From an uncultured Sphingomonas sp. (GTDB taxonomy: Bacteria; Pseudomonadota; Alphaproteobacteria; Sphingomonadales; Sphingomonadaceae): a stretch of DNA of 64,000 bases. Location: NCBI RefSeq assembly GCF_913776855.1, contig NZ_CAJYQD010000042.1, positions 7,948 to 71,947 on the forward strand. The letters run 5' to 3'. Both the position numbers and the translations under genes were made by a program. Positions 1 to 8,433 of this stretch are shown here, in pieces; within the stretch, counting starts at the first letter, position 1; each line of letters begins with the position of its first letter. Below the pieces are notes generated by a model, which was not told the origin of the DNA, searched no databases, and was given only the letters and a program-made list of their open reading frames with translations.

Positions 1-164
1 AACCGCACCGGCCGCAAATCCTCGCGCAGCAGGAATTCCATGTCCTGGAACGCCAGTCGATAGGCGGGATGTTCGGTCTGGGGGGTCGACAGCTGCGTGC
101 GGGCGGCTTCGGCTTCCTGCTTGGCCCCGCGGAACACGCGGGACGGTACTTTTGTATCGGTCAT
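1..164 (-). CDS. LOG-family (TIGR00730-like, long type) protein, 5' part only; runs off the window edge
   Basis: Manual translation from ATG at 164: MTDTKVPSRVFRGAKQEAEAARTQLSTPQTEHPAYRLAFQDMEFLLREDLRPVR. The AYRLAFQD.EFLLRE.LRPVR segment is typical of this alphaproteobacterial family. Confidence 0.65.
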   Translation of the reverse strand, partial: MTDTKVPSRVFRGAKQEAEAARTQLSTPQTEHPAYRLAFQDMEFLLREDLRPVR

Positions 165-223
165 AGGTGACAGGGTTGTAAGCAGACCTGCCGGACGCGG
201 CAAGCGGGATGCATCGGCGTCTG

Positions 224-910
224 TCAGCGGCACAATGGCCGCCCGCCCATGTCGAAATGGAAGTGATTGCGGTGCGCGGCGTTATAGTCGGGGCCAAGCG
301 TGGTGACGAAGCGCTTGCAGGCCGAACGATGCACGATGCGCAGGAATTCGCGCACCTGTGGGTCGTCGCTGTTCCAGTCGCGCTCCAGCACGATCCGCCG
401 CCCGTCGGCCAGCGTGAAGCCGCCGATGTCGACGGCATTGGCAAGGCCGTGTTCCGACACCCGCCCGGCCGATCGCGGCCCGCCGCCGATGATGCCGCGA
501 CAGACATAGGTGCCATAGCTGTCGATCTTCACGACCTCGCTGCCCAATATCTGTCGCGCCGCCGGGCGTACGCCGTACCGGACCCAGCCGACCAGCGCGC
601 GGGCGGCGGGGCAGCGAATCGCCTTCAGCCCCGCGACGGGCACGCCGATATCGAGCAGTTGCACCGCGCCCAGCACGACGCAGCCCGACCCGTAATCTCG
701 ATCGGGCAGCGGGCTGAACCGCACATCGGCCTTCGACAGATCGGCGAAACATTGCTGTGTATCGCGCGGCGTCTGCCCCGGCAGCGTCGCCGCACCGGAC
801 GGACGCGGTGCGACGGGGCGGGGCGGCGGCGGCGCGTCGCGGCGTTCGCCCCCGAGACAGGCGGACAGCAGCAGCAACGACAACAGGACCGACCGGGGGA
901 ACGCAACCAT
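224..910 (-). CDS. Extensin-like C-terminal domain lipoprotein (possible Zn-peptidase fold)
   Basis: Lipobox LLLSAC, Pro-rich linker, SEHGLANAVD and HRNHFHFD motifs, several Cys. Start could be 928. Confidence 0.8.
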   Translation of the reverse strand: MVAFPRSVLLSLLLLSACLGGERRDAPPPPRPVAPRPSGAATLPGQTPRDTQQCFADLSKADVRFSPLPDRDYGSGCVVLGAVQLLDIGVPVAGLKAIRCPAARALVGWVRYGVRPAARQILGSEVVKIDSYGTYVCRGIIGGGPRSAGRVSEHGLANAVDIGGFTLADGRRIVLERDWNSDDPQVREFLRIVHRSACKRFVTTLGPDYNAAHRNHFHFDMGGRPLCR

Positions 911-1024
911 CGATCGCCACCGTTCCACGCCGCCCGGCCGGTCACAAGGCGTCGTGCGTCCAGTCGTGCAATCGATGCGAACAGCCCTTTTGGGTAACCG
1001 CTGTCACGAAGGGATTGCTTGCAC

Positions 1025-1047
1025 TAGTATTTTTTGAATATGTACTA
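1025..1047. promoter_or_regulatory. AT-rich dyad, candidate GntR operator/promoter
   Basis: tagta-ttttttgaatatg-tacta (with an inner tatt/aata dyad), an AT island between the divergent extensin-like and GntR genes. Confidence 0.35.
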
Positions 1048-1121
1048 CTTTCGAATGACCCGGTGACGGGCGACACCTCCCCGTGATCCGGCAACGGACC
1101 GGCTCGCACAAGGAATGCAGC

Positions 1122-1775
1122 GTGACCATCGTCGTTCGAACCCTGTCCGATCGTGTGTTCGAAATCGTCCGGGAACGTATCGTCAGCGGCGCGCTGCCCG
1201 AAACCGTGCCGATCCGGCAGGATGCGCTGGCCAGCGAACTGGGCGTCAGCAAGATTCCGCTGCGCGAGGCGCTGGCCCGGCTGGAACAGGAAGGGCTGGT
1301 CGCGGGACAGGCCAATCGCGGCTATACCGTGCGGCCGATGTCGGCGTTGCAGGCCGAGGAAATCTACGAACTGCGCATCGCGGTCGAACCGAGTGCCGCC
1401 GCCTATGCCGCGCGCCATGCCGACGATCATTATCGCGCGGCAGCGATCGAGGCGTTCGACCGGCTGCCCGAACGGGTGGAGGGCGATCTGCTCGATGCGG
1501 CGGCGCGCAACCGGGCGTTCCACGCCGCGCTGGTCGCGGCGGCAGGCCGCGACCTGACCATCGACTTGGTACAGCGCCTGTCGGTCCTCGCCGAACGCTA
1601 TGTCGTCGCCCATCTGCGGCCGGCCGGTCGCGGCAGCCGGGCGCAGGACGAACATCGCGCCTTGCTGGAAGCGTGGCTGGCGCGCGATGCCGATGCGGTC
1701 CACACCATGCTGACCCGGCACCTGACCGCGACGATCGAGGATCTGCGCAGCGAATTCGCCGCCGCCGCCGCCTGA
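1122..1775 (+). CDS. GntR family transcriptional regulator (FCD-type)
   Basis: wHTH LASELGVSKIPLREALARLEQEGLV and C-terminal NRAFH...EHRALLEA. GTG start after an AAGGA SD-like sequence. Confidence 0.9.
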   Translation: MTIVVRTLSDRVFEIVRERIVSGALPETVPIRQDALASELGVSKIPLREALARLEQEGLVAGQANRGYTVRPMSALQAEEIYELRIAVEPSAAAYAARHADDHYRAAAIEAFDRLPERVEGDLLDAAARNRAFHAALVAAAGRDLTIDLVQRLSVLAERYVVAHLRPAGRGSRAQDEHRALLEAWLARDADAVHTMLTRHLTATIEDLRSEFAAAAA

Positions 1776-1818
1776 TCGCGGGGTGGGCGATCCGGCCCCG
1801 ATCCGGTATGGCGACATC

Positions 1819-2673
1819 ATGGTTCGCTTTCTCTCCGGCATCGCCGCGCTGCTCCTGTTCGCGGCACCCGCCACGGCCCGCGACATCCTGTTCGTCGGCA
1901 ACAGCTTCACCTTCGGCGCGGGGTCGCCGGTCGAACGCTATCGCCCGGACAGCGTGACCGACCTCAACCACGAAGGCATTGGCGGCGTGCCCGCGTTGTT
2001 TCGCAGCTTTGCCGAGCAGGCCGGGCTGGACTGGACCGTCTCGCTCGAAACCTCGCCGGGCAAGGATCTGGCGTTCCATTACGCGAACAAGCGCGCGGCG
2101 ATCGATCGCCGCTGGGACGTGGTGATCCTGCAGGGCTATTCCACGCTGGATGCGCAGAACCCCGGCGATCCGACGCGGCACGGCATTGCCGCGGGGCAGT
2201 TGGCTGCGCTGGTCCATGCGCGCAATCCGCAGGCGTCGGTGAAGCTGGTCGAAACCTGGTCGCGCGCCGACCTGACCTATCGCCCCGGCAGCCGCTGGTC
2301 GGGCAAGCCGATTGCGGCGATGGCGCAGGACCTCGCCGCCGCGAACCGCCGCGTCGCGCGGACCACGCGCGGCATATCGGGCACGATTCCGGTCGGATCG
2401 GCATGGAACCGCGCGATCGCGACCGGGGTCGCCGATGCGAACCCGTATGACGGGATCGATCCGGGCAAGCTGGGCCTGTGGGCCGACGACCAGTATCACG
2501 GCAGCAGCGCGGGCTATTATCTGGAAGCGCTGACCATTTTCGGCCGGGTGACCGGCTATGACGTCCGCCGCCTGGGCGCGAAGGAACGGTCGGCCGCCGA
2601 TCTCGGCCTGACGGGGCAGCAGGCGACCGCGCTCCAGCGGATCGCATGGGAAACGCTGCGCCGGAACCGCTGA
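1819..2673 (+). CDS. Secreted SGNH/GDSL-like hydrolase (DUF4886-like)
   Basis: Signal peptide, ILFVGNSFT block I, and DQYH (DxxH) catalytic block. Confidence 0.7.
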   Translation: MVRFLSGIAALLLFAAPATARDILFVGNSFTFGAGSPVERYRPDSVTDLNHEGIGGVPALFRSFAEQAGLDWTVSLETSPGKDLAFHYANKRAAIDRRWDVVILQGYSTLDAQNPGDPTRHGIAAGQLAALVHARNPQASVKLVETWSRADLTYRPGSRWSGKPIAAMAQDLAAANRRVARTTRGISGTIPVGSAWNRAIATGVADANPYDGIDPGKLGLWADDQYHGSSAGYYLEALTIFGRVTGYDVRRLGAKERSAADLGLTGQQATALQRIAWETLRRNR

Positions 2674-3104
2674 TGCGGCGGCTGCTACCGGGCGTGCTGT
2701 TGCTGCTGGCCGGCTGTGGCGGCGGGGATGCCGACCGGGCCGGGCGTCTGCATCGCGCCGGGCCGAATCCCGATTTAGCCACCTTGTTGCGTGTCGCCGA
2801 TGTCGATGCCGGGCGGCGTGCCTTCGGCCAATGCGCCGCGTGCCACACCATCGGCACGGGCGGGCAGTCGCTGGCCGGACCGAACCTGCATGGCGTGATG
2901 GGGCGCAGGGTCGCGAGCAACCCCCGCTTCGGCTATACCCAGGCGCTGATCGACCATGGCGGACGGTGGGACGCCGCGCGGATGGATGCGTGGCTGGCCG
3001 CGCCGATGCAGGTCGTGCCGGGCACGCGCATGGCATTCGCCGGAGTGCGCGATCCGATGGAGCGGGCCGACCTGATCGCCTATCTACAATCGGAAGGCCG
3101 TTAG
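2673..3104 (+). CDS. Class I cytochrome c lipoprotein (c2-like)
   Basis: Lipobox LLLAGC, CAACH heme motif, GPNLHG, PGTRMAFAG. Start overlaps the upstream stop (TGATG). Confidence 0.88.
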   Translation: MRRLLPGVLLLLAGCGGGDADRAGRLHRAGPNPDLATLLRVADVDAGRRAFGQCAACHTIGTGGQSLAGPNLHGVMGRRVASNPRFGYTQALIDHGGRWDAARMDAWLAAPMQVVPGTRMAFAGVRDPMERADLIAYLQSEGR

Positions 3105-3138
3105 GGCGCGCCCGCCCCCTCCCGCCAGGGGGAAGACC

Positions 3139-4200
3139 CTATAACTGATGCCCCGTCCGGTCGCGCTTGGTCGCGAGATAGCGTTCGTTGTGCGGATTGG
3201 CCGGCAACTGGTGGGCGACCCGTTCGATCACACCGATCCCGGTCGCCTCCAGCCCGGCGACCTTGGCCGGGTTGTTGGTCAGCAACCGTACCTGCCGCTG
3301 GCCGAGCAGGCTTAGCATCCGCCCGGCCACCCCGAAATCGCGCGCATCGATGGCGAAGCCCAGCCGCGTATTGGCATCGACCGTGTCGAACCCCTGATCC
3401 TGCAACGCATAGGCGCGCAGCTTGTTGACCAGGCCGATCCCGCGCCCTTCCTGTCGCAGGTACAGCAGGATGCCCCAGCTCGCGTGCGATATGGCGTGGA
3501 TCGCGGCGTGCAGCTGCGGCCCGCAATCGCATTTCAGGCTGCCCAGTACATCACCGGTCAGGCATTCGCTGTGCAGCCGGACCAATGGCGGCCGGCCATC
3601 GGGCTGACCGATGATCAGCGCGACATGCTCGCCCGCCGCATCGGGCGTGCGGAACGCGACGATCTCACTCTGTTCGGCTCCCGCCACCGGCAGTTTCGCG
3701 CGTGCGACGATCGCCAGCCGGTTCGCATCCTCATGCGCGTCGATCGCCGCCGGGGTGATCGTCACCTCCGCGCCGACGCCCCCGGCGAAAAAGGCCGGCA
3801 GCAGCCCGGCGATCCGGGCGAGGCGCAGTGCAGCGGCGGCGGCGACGGGTGCGGGCGACCCGAACCCGCGAAACGGCCCCTTCATCGGCGTGGCCAAGTC
3901 GAGCTGCGGATCGGCGAGCGCGGTCGCGGCGGCGAAGTCGGTCCACGCCTCGCGCCGGATCGACACCGGCTGGTCGGGTTCGGCCGCCGCGCTCTGGTTG
4001 ACGATGCGCAGCGTCTCCGCCCGCCCGAACGACAACAGGATATGCGCCGTACCCGCCGGATCGAACGCCTCCAGCCGTTCGGCGTCCGCCGTTTCGATCG
4101 GCAACAGCGTCAGCGGCGGCTCACCCGGCGCATGGATCGCGATCGCCCAGCCGCGCCGCAGCGCGTCGATCGCGCGGGCGACATCGCGGGTCTCGCTCAA
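3139..4200 (-). CDS. ribA: GTP cyclohydrolase II with degenerate N-terminal DHBP-synthase-like region
   Basis: VRLHSECLTGDVLGSLKCDCGPQL, QEGRGIGLVNKLRAY, LLTNNPAK. Confidence 0.95.
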   Translation of the reverse strand: MSETRDVARAIDALRRGWAIAIHAPGEPPLTLLPIETADAERLEAFDPAGTAHILLSFGRAETLRIVNQSAAAEPDQPVSIRREAWTDFAAATALADPQLDLATPMKGPFRGFGSPAPVAAAAALRLARIAGLLPAFFAGGVGAEVTITPAAIDAHEDANRLAIVARAKLPVAGAEQSEIVAFRTPDAAGEHVALIIGQPDGRPPLVRLHSECLTGDVLGSLKCDCGPQLHAAIHAISHASWGILLYLRQEGRGIGLVNKLRAYALQDQGFDTVDANTRLGFAIDARDFGVAGRMLSLLGQRQVRLLTNNPAKVAGLEATGIGVIERVAHQLPANPHNERYLATKRDRTGHQL

Positions 4201-4991
4201 AACGCGAACTCGGTCACGATCGGGATATGGTCGCTGGGCTTCAGCCAGCTGCGCGCGTCCTCATGCACGCGATGCGCCGTCGCCCTGGCCGCCACGTCGC
4301 GGCTGGACCACATATGGTCGAGCCGCCGTCCGCGATCGGATGCCGCCCAGTCCTTTGCGCGGTAGCTCCACCAGGTGAACAGCCGCGCAGGCGCCGGCAC
4401 GAACTGCCGACCCAGATCGACCCAGTCGTTCGCCGCCTTCAGCCGCCCAAGCGCCTCGACCTCGACCGGCGTATGGCTAACGACATCGAGCAGCTGCTTG
4501 TGGCTCCACACATCGCTTTCCAGCGGCGCGATGTTGAAGTCGCCGACCAGCAATGTGGGAATGCCCGACAGCCCGGCGGACCACTGGGTCATCCGTTCGA
4601 TGAAATCCAGCTTCTGACCGAATTTCGGGTTCACCTCACGGTCGGGCACGTCACCGCCCGCCGGGATATACACGTTCTCGATGCGCAGGCCATTGGCCAG
4701 CCGCACACCGATATGCCGCGCCTCGCCATTGGCCTGCCAGTCTAGCCGGTCATCCTCGGCCAGCGGCAGCTTCGACACGACCGCCACCCCGTGGTGCATC
4801 CGCTGGCCGTTGATCGCGATATGGGTATAGCCCAGTCGGCGGAGCGGATCGTGCGGGAAATCCTGGTTCACGACCTTCGTTTCCTGCAGGCACAGGACAT
4901 CGGGTTGCGCCTCGCGCAGGAATTTCTCGACGATGTCCATGCGGAAGCGGACGGAATTGATGTTCCACGAAGCGACCGAAAGCGTGTCCAT
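4197..4991 (-). CDS. xth: Exodeoxyribonuclease III
   Basis: SWNINSVR, LQETK, GDFNIAP, FTWWSYR, RLDH, SDHIP motifs. Confidence 0.93.
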   Translation of the reverse strand: MDTLSVASWNINSVRFRMDIVEKFLREAQPDVLCLQETKVVNQDFPHDPLRRLGYTHIAINGQRMHHGVAVVSKLPLAEDDRLDWQANGEARHIGVRLANGLRIENVYIPAGGDVPDREVNPKFGQKLDFIERMTQWSAGLSGIPTLLVGDFNIAPLESDVWSHKQLLDVVSHTPVEVEALGRLKAANDWVDLGRQFVPAPARLFTWWSYRAKDWAASDRGRRLDHMWSSRDVAARATAHRVHEDARSWLKPSDHIPIVTEFAF

Positions 4992-5044
4992 GGCCAACGC
5001 CTGTATCGCCGCAAATCCAGTCGCGCCAGATGGTCGCTGGCTCC

Positions 5045-5166
5045 AAAACGGAAAGGCCCCCGCTCCGGGGGCATGGAGCGAGGGCCGACCTAGCGTTGGT
5101 CACGCAGGCGGGCGTTGGAGACCCGGGCAACAGGGGGGAAAATCCCGGACGCGCCCCAACGCCGCA
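5045..5166 (-). ncRNA. Candidate small RNA with two C-rich-loop hairpins
   Basis: Long stem-loop 5108-5165 with loop UUUUCCCCCCUGUUG; second hairpin 5055-5086 (loop AUGCCCCC) followed by UUUCCGUUUU; upstream CTTGGC-N16-TATGCA. Confidence 0.5.
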
Positions 5167-5256
5167 AGGACATGCATAGGATCAGAAACCTGTCGCCAAG
5201 ATGAACGTCATGCGTATTTTTTGGAATTTGCCCATATTGCCCACCAGTGAATCGCG

Positions 5257-5877
5257 TCAGCGCCGCACGCGCCGCGGTTCGTTGAAGCGGAAGGCGTTGT
5301 CGGCGACCGGCACATTGAACTGCTGGTTGGTCAGCCGGACCGTCGTGCGATTCGCCTGCGCATCGAGTGCGACCCAACCCTGCAGCATCAGCCCGGCCGG
5401 CGCCGATGCCTGTCGTGCAAAGATCATGGTGATCCGGCCATATTCGGGCCGTTTGGGATCATAGGCCTCGACGCTGACGATCCGCGGATCGCTCGACGGC
5501 ACGACCTTGGTGAATTTCGACGCGTCGCGATCAGGGTTGAGCAGGATGCCGAGCGGCGAGTTGCCAATCGGCCAGCGCTGCTTCTGACCGACCTGATAGT
5601 CGAGGAAGTAGAGCGACTTGCCATCCGACACGAGCAGGATCGGCACGCCCTTTTCATATTGGAACCGAATCTTGCCCGGCTTCTTCAGCGTCAATTGCCC
5701 GGTCAGCACCCGCCCGTTGCGGTCGGTCTGCGTGAAGTTCGCGGTCATGGTCTGTGTCGCCGCCAGATGCCGCTGGACCGACGCGAGGTCGTTCTGCGGT
5801 GCCTGTGCGTACAGGGCGACGGGGGCGGCAAGGGCGAACGCGAGCGCAAGCGGGCGAATGGGAGTTCTCCAGATCAT
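5257..5877 (-). CDS. lolA: Outer-membrane lipoprotein carrier LolA
   Basis: Signal peptide, TMTANFTQ, KKPGKIRFQY, LLVSDG; lies upstream of xth as in other alphaproteobacteria. Confidence 0.88.
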   Translation of the reverse strand: MIWRTPIRPLALAFALAAPVALYAQAPQNDLASVQRHLAATQTMTANFTQTDRNGRVLTGQLTLKKPGKIRFQYEKGVPILLVSDGKSLYFLDYQVGQKQRWPIGNSPLGILLNPDRDASKFTKVVPSSDPRIVSVEAYDPKRPEYGRITMIFARQASAPAGLMLQGWVALDAQANRTTVRLTNQQFNVPVADNAFRFNEPRRVRR

Positions 5878-5951
5878 GGGGCACGGGTAGGATCGGCGCA
5901 TTGAACGCGGCGTGAACCCATGGGTTGCGCCGACCAGACAGCACCGATGCG

Positions 5952-6035
5952 CGTACCCCCGCGCAGGCGGGGGTCCAGAGCCGATAACGCACCGCTGCGT
6001 ATGGAACCCTGGACCCCCGCCTGCGCGGGGGTACG
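5952..6035. repeat. REP-like inverted dimer (CGTC-class, CGTA variant)
   Basis: cgtacccccgcgcaggcgggggtccag ... ctggacccccgcctgcgcgggggtacg, a perfect 27-bp inverted repeat. Confidence 0.85.
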
Positions 6036-6059
6036 AAATGGGCGAGTAGCGATCGCCCC

Positions 6060-7019
6060 TTACAGCCGATGCTCGCCCTTTACCCAGCGTACCGTGCCCG
6101 AGCTGGCGCGCATCACGACGCTTTCGGTGGTCATCTTGCCCGGCATCCGCTTCACGCCGGCCAGCAGCGACCCGTCGGTAACCCCGGTCGCGGCAAAGAT
6201 GCAGTCGCCGCGCGCCAGTTCGGTCAGGTCATATTGCTTGTCGAGGTCGGTCACGCCCCATTTCGCGGCGCGGGCGCGTTCGTCGTCGTTGCGGAAGACC
6301 AGCCGCCCCTTGAACTGCCCGCCGGTGCAGCGCAGCGCGGCGGCGGCCAGCACGCCCTCCGGCGCGCCGCCCTGGCCCATATACAGGTCGATGGTGGTGT
6401 CGGGATCGCTGGTCGCGATGACGCCGGCCACGTCGCCGTCGCCGATCAGCATCACGCCGCACCCGACCGCGCGCAGCTCGGCGATCATCGCTTCGTGGCG
6501 GGGACGGTTGAGGACGCAGACGATGATGTCGTGCGGATCGACGCCCTTGGCCTTGGCCACCGCCTTCACATTCTCGGTCGGCGACTTGTCGAGGTCGATG
6601 ATCCCGGCCGGATAGCCCGGACCGCACGCGATCTTGTCCATATAGACGTCGGGCGCGTTCAGCAGGCCGCCCTTTTCGGCGATCGCCAGCACCGCGAGGC
6701 TGTTCGGGCCGGCGGTGGCGCAGATCGTCGTGCCCTCCAGCGGGTCGAGCGCGATGTCGATCTCGGGACCCTTGCCCAGGCCCACCTTCTCGCCGATGAA
6801 CAGCATCGGTGCCTCGTCGCGTTCACCCTCGCCGATGACGACGGTGCCGTCCATATAGAGTTCGTTCAATGCGGCGCGCATCGCTTCCACGGCGGCGGCA
6901 TCGGCGGCCTTTTCGTCGCCCCGCCCGACCAGCGTCGACGCGGCGATCGCCGCCGCTTCGGTGACCCGCACCATTTCGAGGACGAGGACGCGATCTAGGG
7001 TGTTGCTGTCAGGCTGCAT
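6060..7019 (-). CDS. glpX: Class II fructose-1,6-bisphosphatase
   Basis: EMVRVTEAAAIA, VVIGEGERDEAPML, DPLEGT, DGDVAG, GGAPEGVL. Confidence 0.95.
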   Translation of the reverse strand: MQPDSNTLDRVLVLEMVRVTEAAAIAASTLVGRGDEKAADAAAVEAMRAALNELYMDGTVVIGEGERDEAPMLFIGEKVGLGKGPEIDIALDPLEGTTICATAGPNSLAVLAIAEKGGLLNAPDVYMDKIACGPGYPAGIIDLDKSPTENVKAVAKAKGVDPHDIIVCVLNRPRHEAMIAELRAVGCGVMLIGDGDVAGVIATSDPDTTIDLYMGQGGAPEGVLAAAALRCTGGQFKGRLVFRNDDERARAAKWGVTDLDKQYDLTELARGDCIFAATGVTDGSLLAGVKRMPGKMTTESVVMRASSGTVRWVKGEHRL

Positions 7020-7130
7020 TGGACGAAGCTCCTGGCCGTTAAACGGATTAAACGCGCGATAGGCGACCTGCCCTTGCCGGGCAAGCCATGTTGTGGATAA
7101 CCCTGCGGTTCGGTTGCGAAAGGCACGGGC

Positions 7131-7490
7131 ATGACGGCATGGATGGTGTTGGCGGCGATGGCGCAGGATGGCAGCGCGGCATCGGCGATGATCGATCGCG
7201 CACGCTCGCTGACACAGGTCGTCCAGCCGTGCCGCACCGATGCTGAGCCGGACGAGATCGTAGTATGCGCCGCGCGGCACGCCGACCGGTTCCGCGTGCC
7301 GCTGGTAACTCCACCGGCGGAGGGCGATCCGAAGGCGATCGATGCGCTGGGTGAGCGGGAACGGCTGCTGGCGGTACCGCAACCGGCGTGCGGCACAGCC
7401 GCGTTCCTGCAAGGCTGCGGCTTTGTCGGGGTGACGGCATCGACGCGCAAGGGCGGCACCATCGGCCGGGCGCGCCCTTTGGCGCGATAG
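7131..7490 (+). CDS. Small secreted 4-Cys hypothetical protein
   Basis: Hydrophobic N-terminus, PCRTDAEPDEIVVCAAR, DRFRVP, CGTAAFLQGC; codon usage fits the genome. Confidence 0.65.
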   Translation: MTAWMVLAAMAQDGSAASAMIDRARSLTQVVQPCRTDAEPDEIVVCAARHADRFRVPLVTPPAEGDPKAIDALGERERLLAVPQPACGTAAFLQGCGFVGVTASTRKGGTIGRARPLAR

Positions 7491-7547
7491 CAACCAAAGG
7501 CGCCACAAGGCGTTCGGAACGAACGATCTTTCAGGGGGAATGCGCCG

Positions 7548-7814
7548 ATGTCGCTATGGTTGGTCCTGCTCATGGCACAGGCGGCGCCGGCGCCGGTAAA
7601 GCTCGGCATCGCCGATCCGGTCAACTGCGTCGTAACGCCCCGCGCACTGGGGTGTCCCGAACGAAAGAACGACCGCTATCGACTCGACGACGACACCCCC
7701 CTCTTCGATCGCAAGGCGGATGGATTGCAGCAGGGAACGCCGCGCTGCGGACTGATGGGAATGCCCGTTTGCCCCAGCAACGGGCGACCGATCCTGACCA
7801 GTCGCCAGCAATAG
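7548..7814 (+). CDS. Small secreted 4-Cys hypothetical protein
   Basis: Signal peptide MSLWLVLLMAQAA, C-x8-C, DRYRL, CGLMGMPVC; purine-rich SD upstream. Confidence 0.6.
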   Translation: MSLWLVLLMAQAAPAPVKLGIADPVNCVVTPRALGCPERKNDRYRLDDDTPLFDRKADGLQQGTPRCGLMGMPVCPSNGRPILTSRQQ

Positions 7815-7839
7815 CGCGGGGCGGGATACCGCCCCGCGC
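7814..7839. terminator. GC hairpin between convergent genes
   Basis: gcgcggggcgg-gata-ccgccccgcgc, perfect 11-bp stem, no U tract. Confidence 0.5.
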
Positions 7840-7845
7840 CCCGTC

Positions 7846-8361
7846 TCAGACGTCGGCCAGTTCGGCCTGCGCATTGACCTTGTGTTCGGCCATCGTTGTC
7901 AGCTTTTCGTCGGTGGCGCGTTCTTCGGCCAGCGTTTCGGCGAGGAGCGCGGCGCAGTCCTCGCGACCCAGCTGCCGCGCCCATGCGATCAGCGTGCCGT
8001 AGCGCGTGATCTCATAATGCTCGACCGCCTGCGCCGAGGCGATCAGTGCGGCGTCCAGCACCTTCTTGTCGGCGATCTCGCCCGCGACCTCGTTCGCTTC
8101 CTTGATGATGCCGTCGATCGCGGGGCAGGTGACTGCCTTTTTCGTCGCGCCGTGCAGGGCGAACACCTGTTCCAGCCGGCGGATTTGGCCTTCGGTTTCG
8201 CTAAGATGCTTCTCGAATCCGGCCTTCAGTTCGGGGTCGGTCGCCTTGGCCACCATCTTGGGCAGCGCCTTCAGAATCTGGTTCTCGGCGTAGTAGATGT
8301 CCTGCAACTGGTGGACGAACAGATCGTCGAGCGTCGCAATATCCTTTGAAAACAGTCCCAT
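7846..8361 (-). CDS. yciF: Ferritin-like DUF892/YciF stress protein
   Basis: LQDIYYAENQILKALPKM, HLSETEGQI.RLE, QAVEHYEITRYGTL. Confidence 0.9.
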   Translation of the reverse strand: MGLFSKDIATLDDLFVHQLQDIYYAENQILKALPKMVAKATDPELKAGFEKHLSETEGQIRRLEQVFALHGATKKAVTCPAIDGIIKEANEVAGEIADKKVLDAALIASAQAVEHYEITRYGTLIAWARQLGREDCAALLAETLAEERATDEKLTTMAEHKVNAQAELADV

Positions 8362-8397
8362 GGGTCGTTCCTTCGCTAACCGGGGAGGTCCATCCCT

Positions 8398-8422
8398 AAC
8401 GATGCGGCCCGCCCTCGGTTGC
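8398..8422 (-). promoter_or_regulatory. EcfG (general stress sigma)-type promoter
   Basis: GCAAC-N16-CGTT upstream of yciF; the consensus is GGAAC-N16/17-CGTT. Confidence 0.6.
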
Positions 8423-8433
8423 GAAGAAAATGG

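Noticed and set aside
7039-7053. TTAA-N5-TTAA upstream of glpX as a CtrA box
   Set aside because: The spacer is 5 nt; the canonical CtrA site is TTAA-N7-TTAA.
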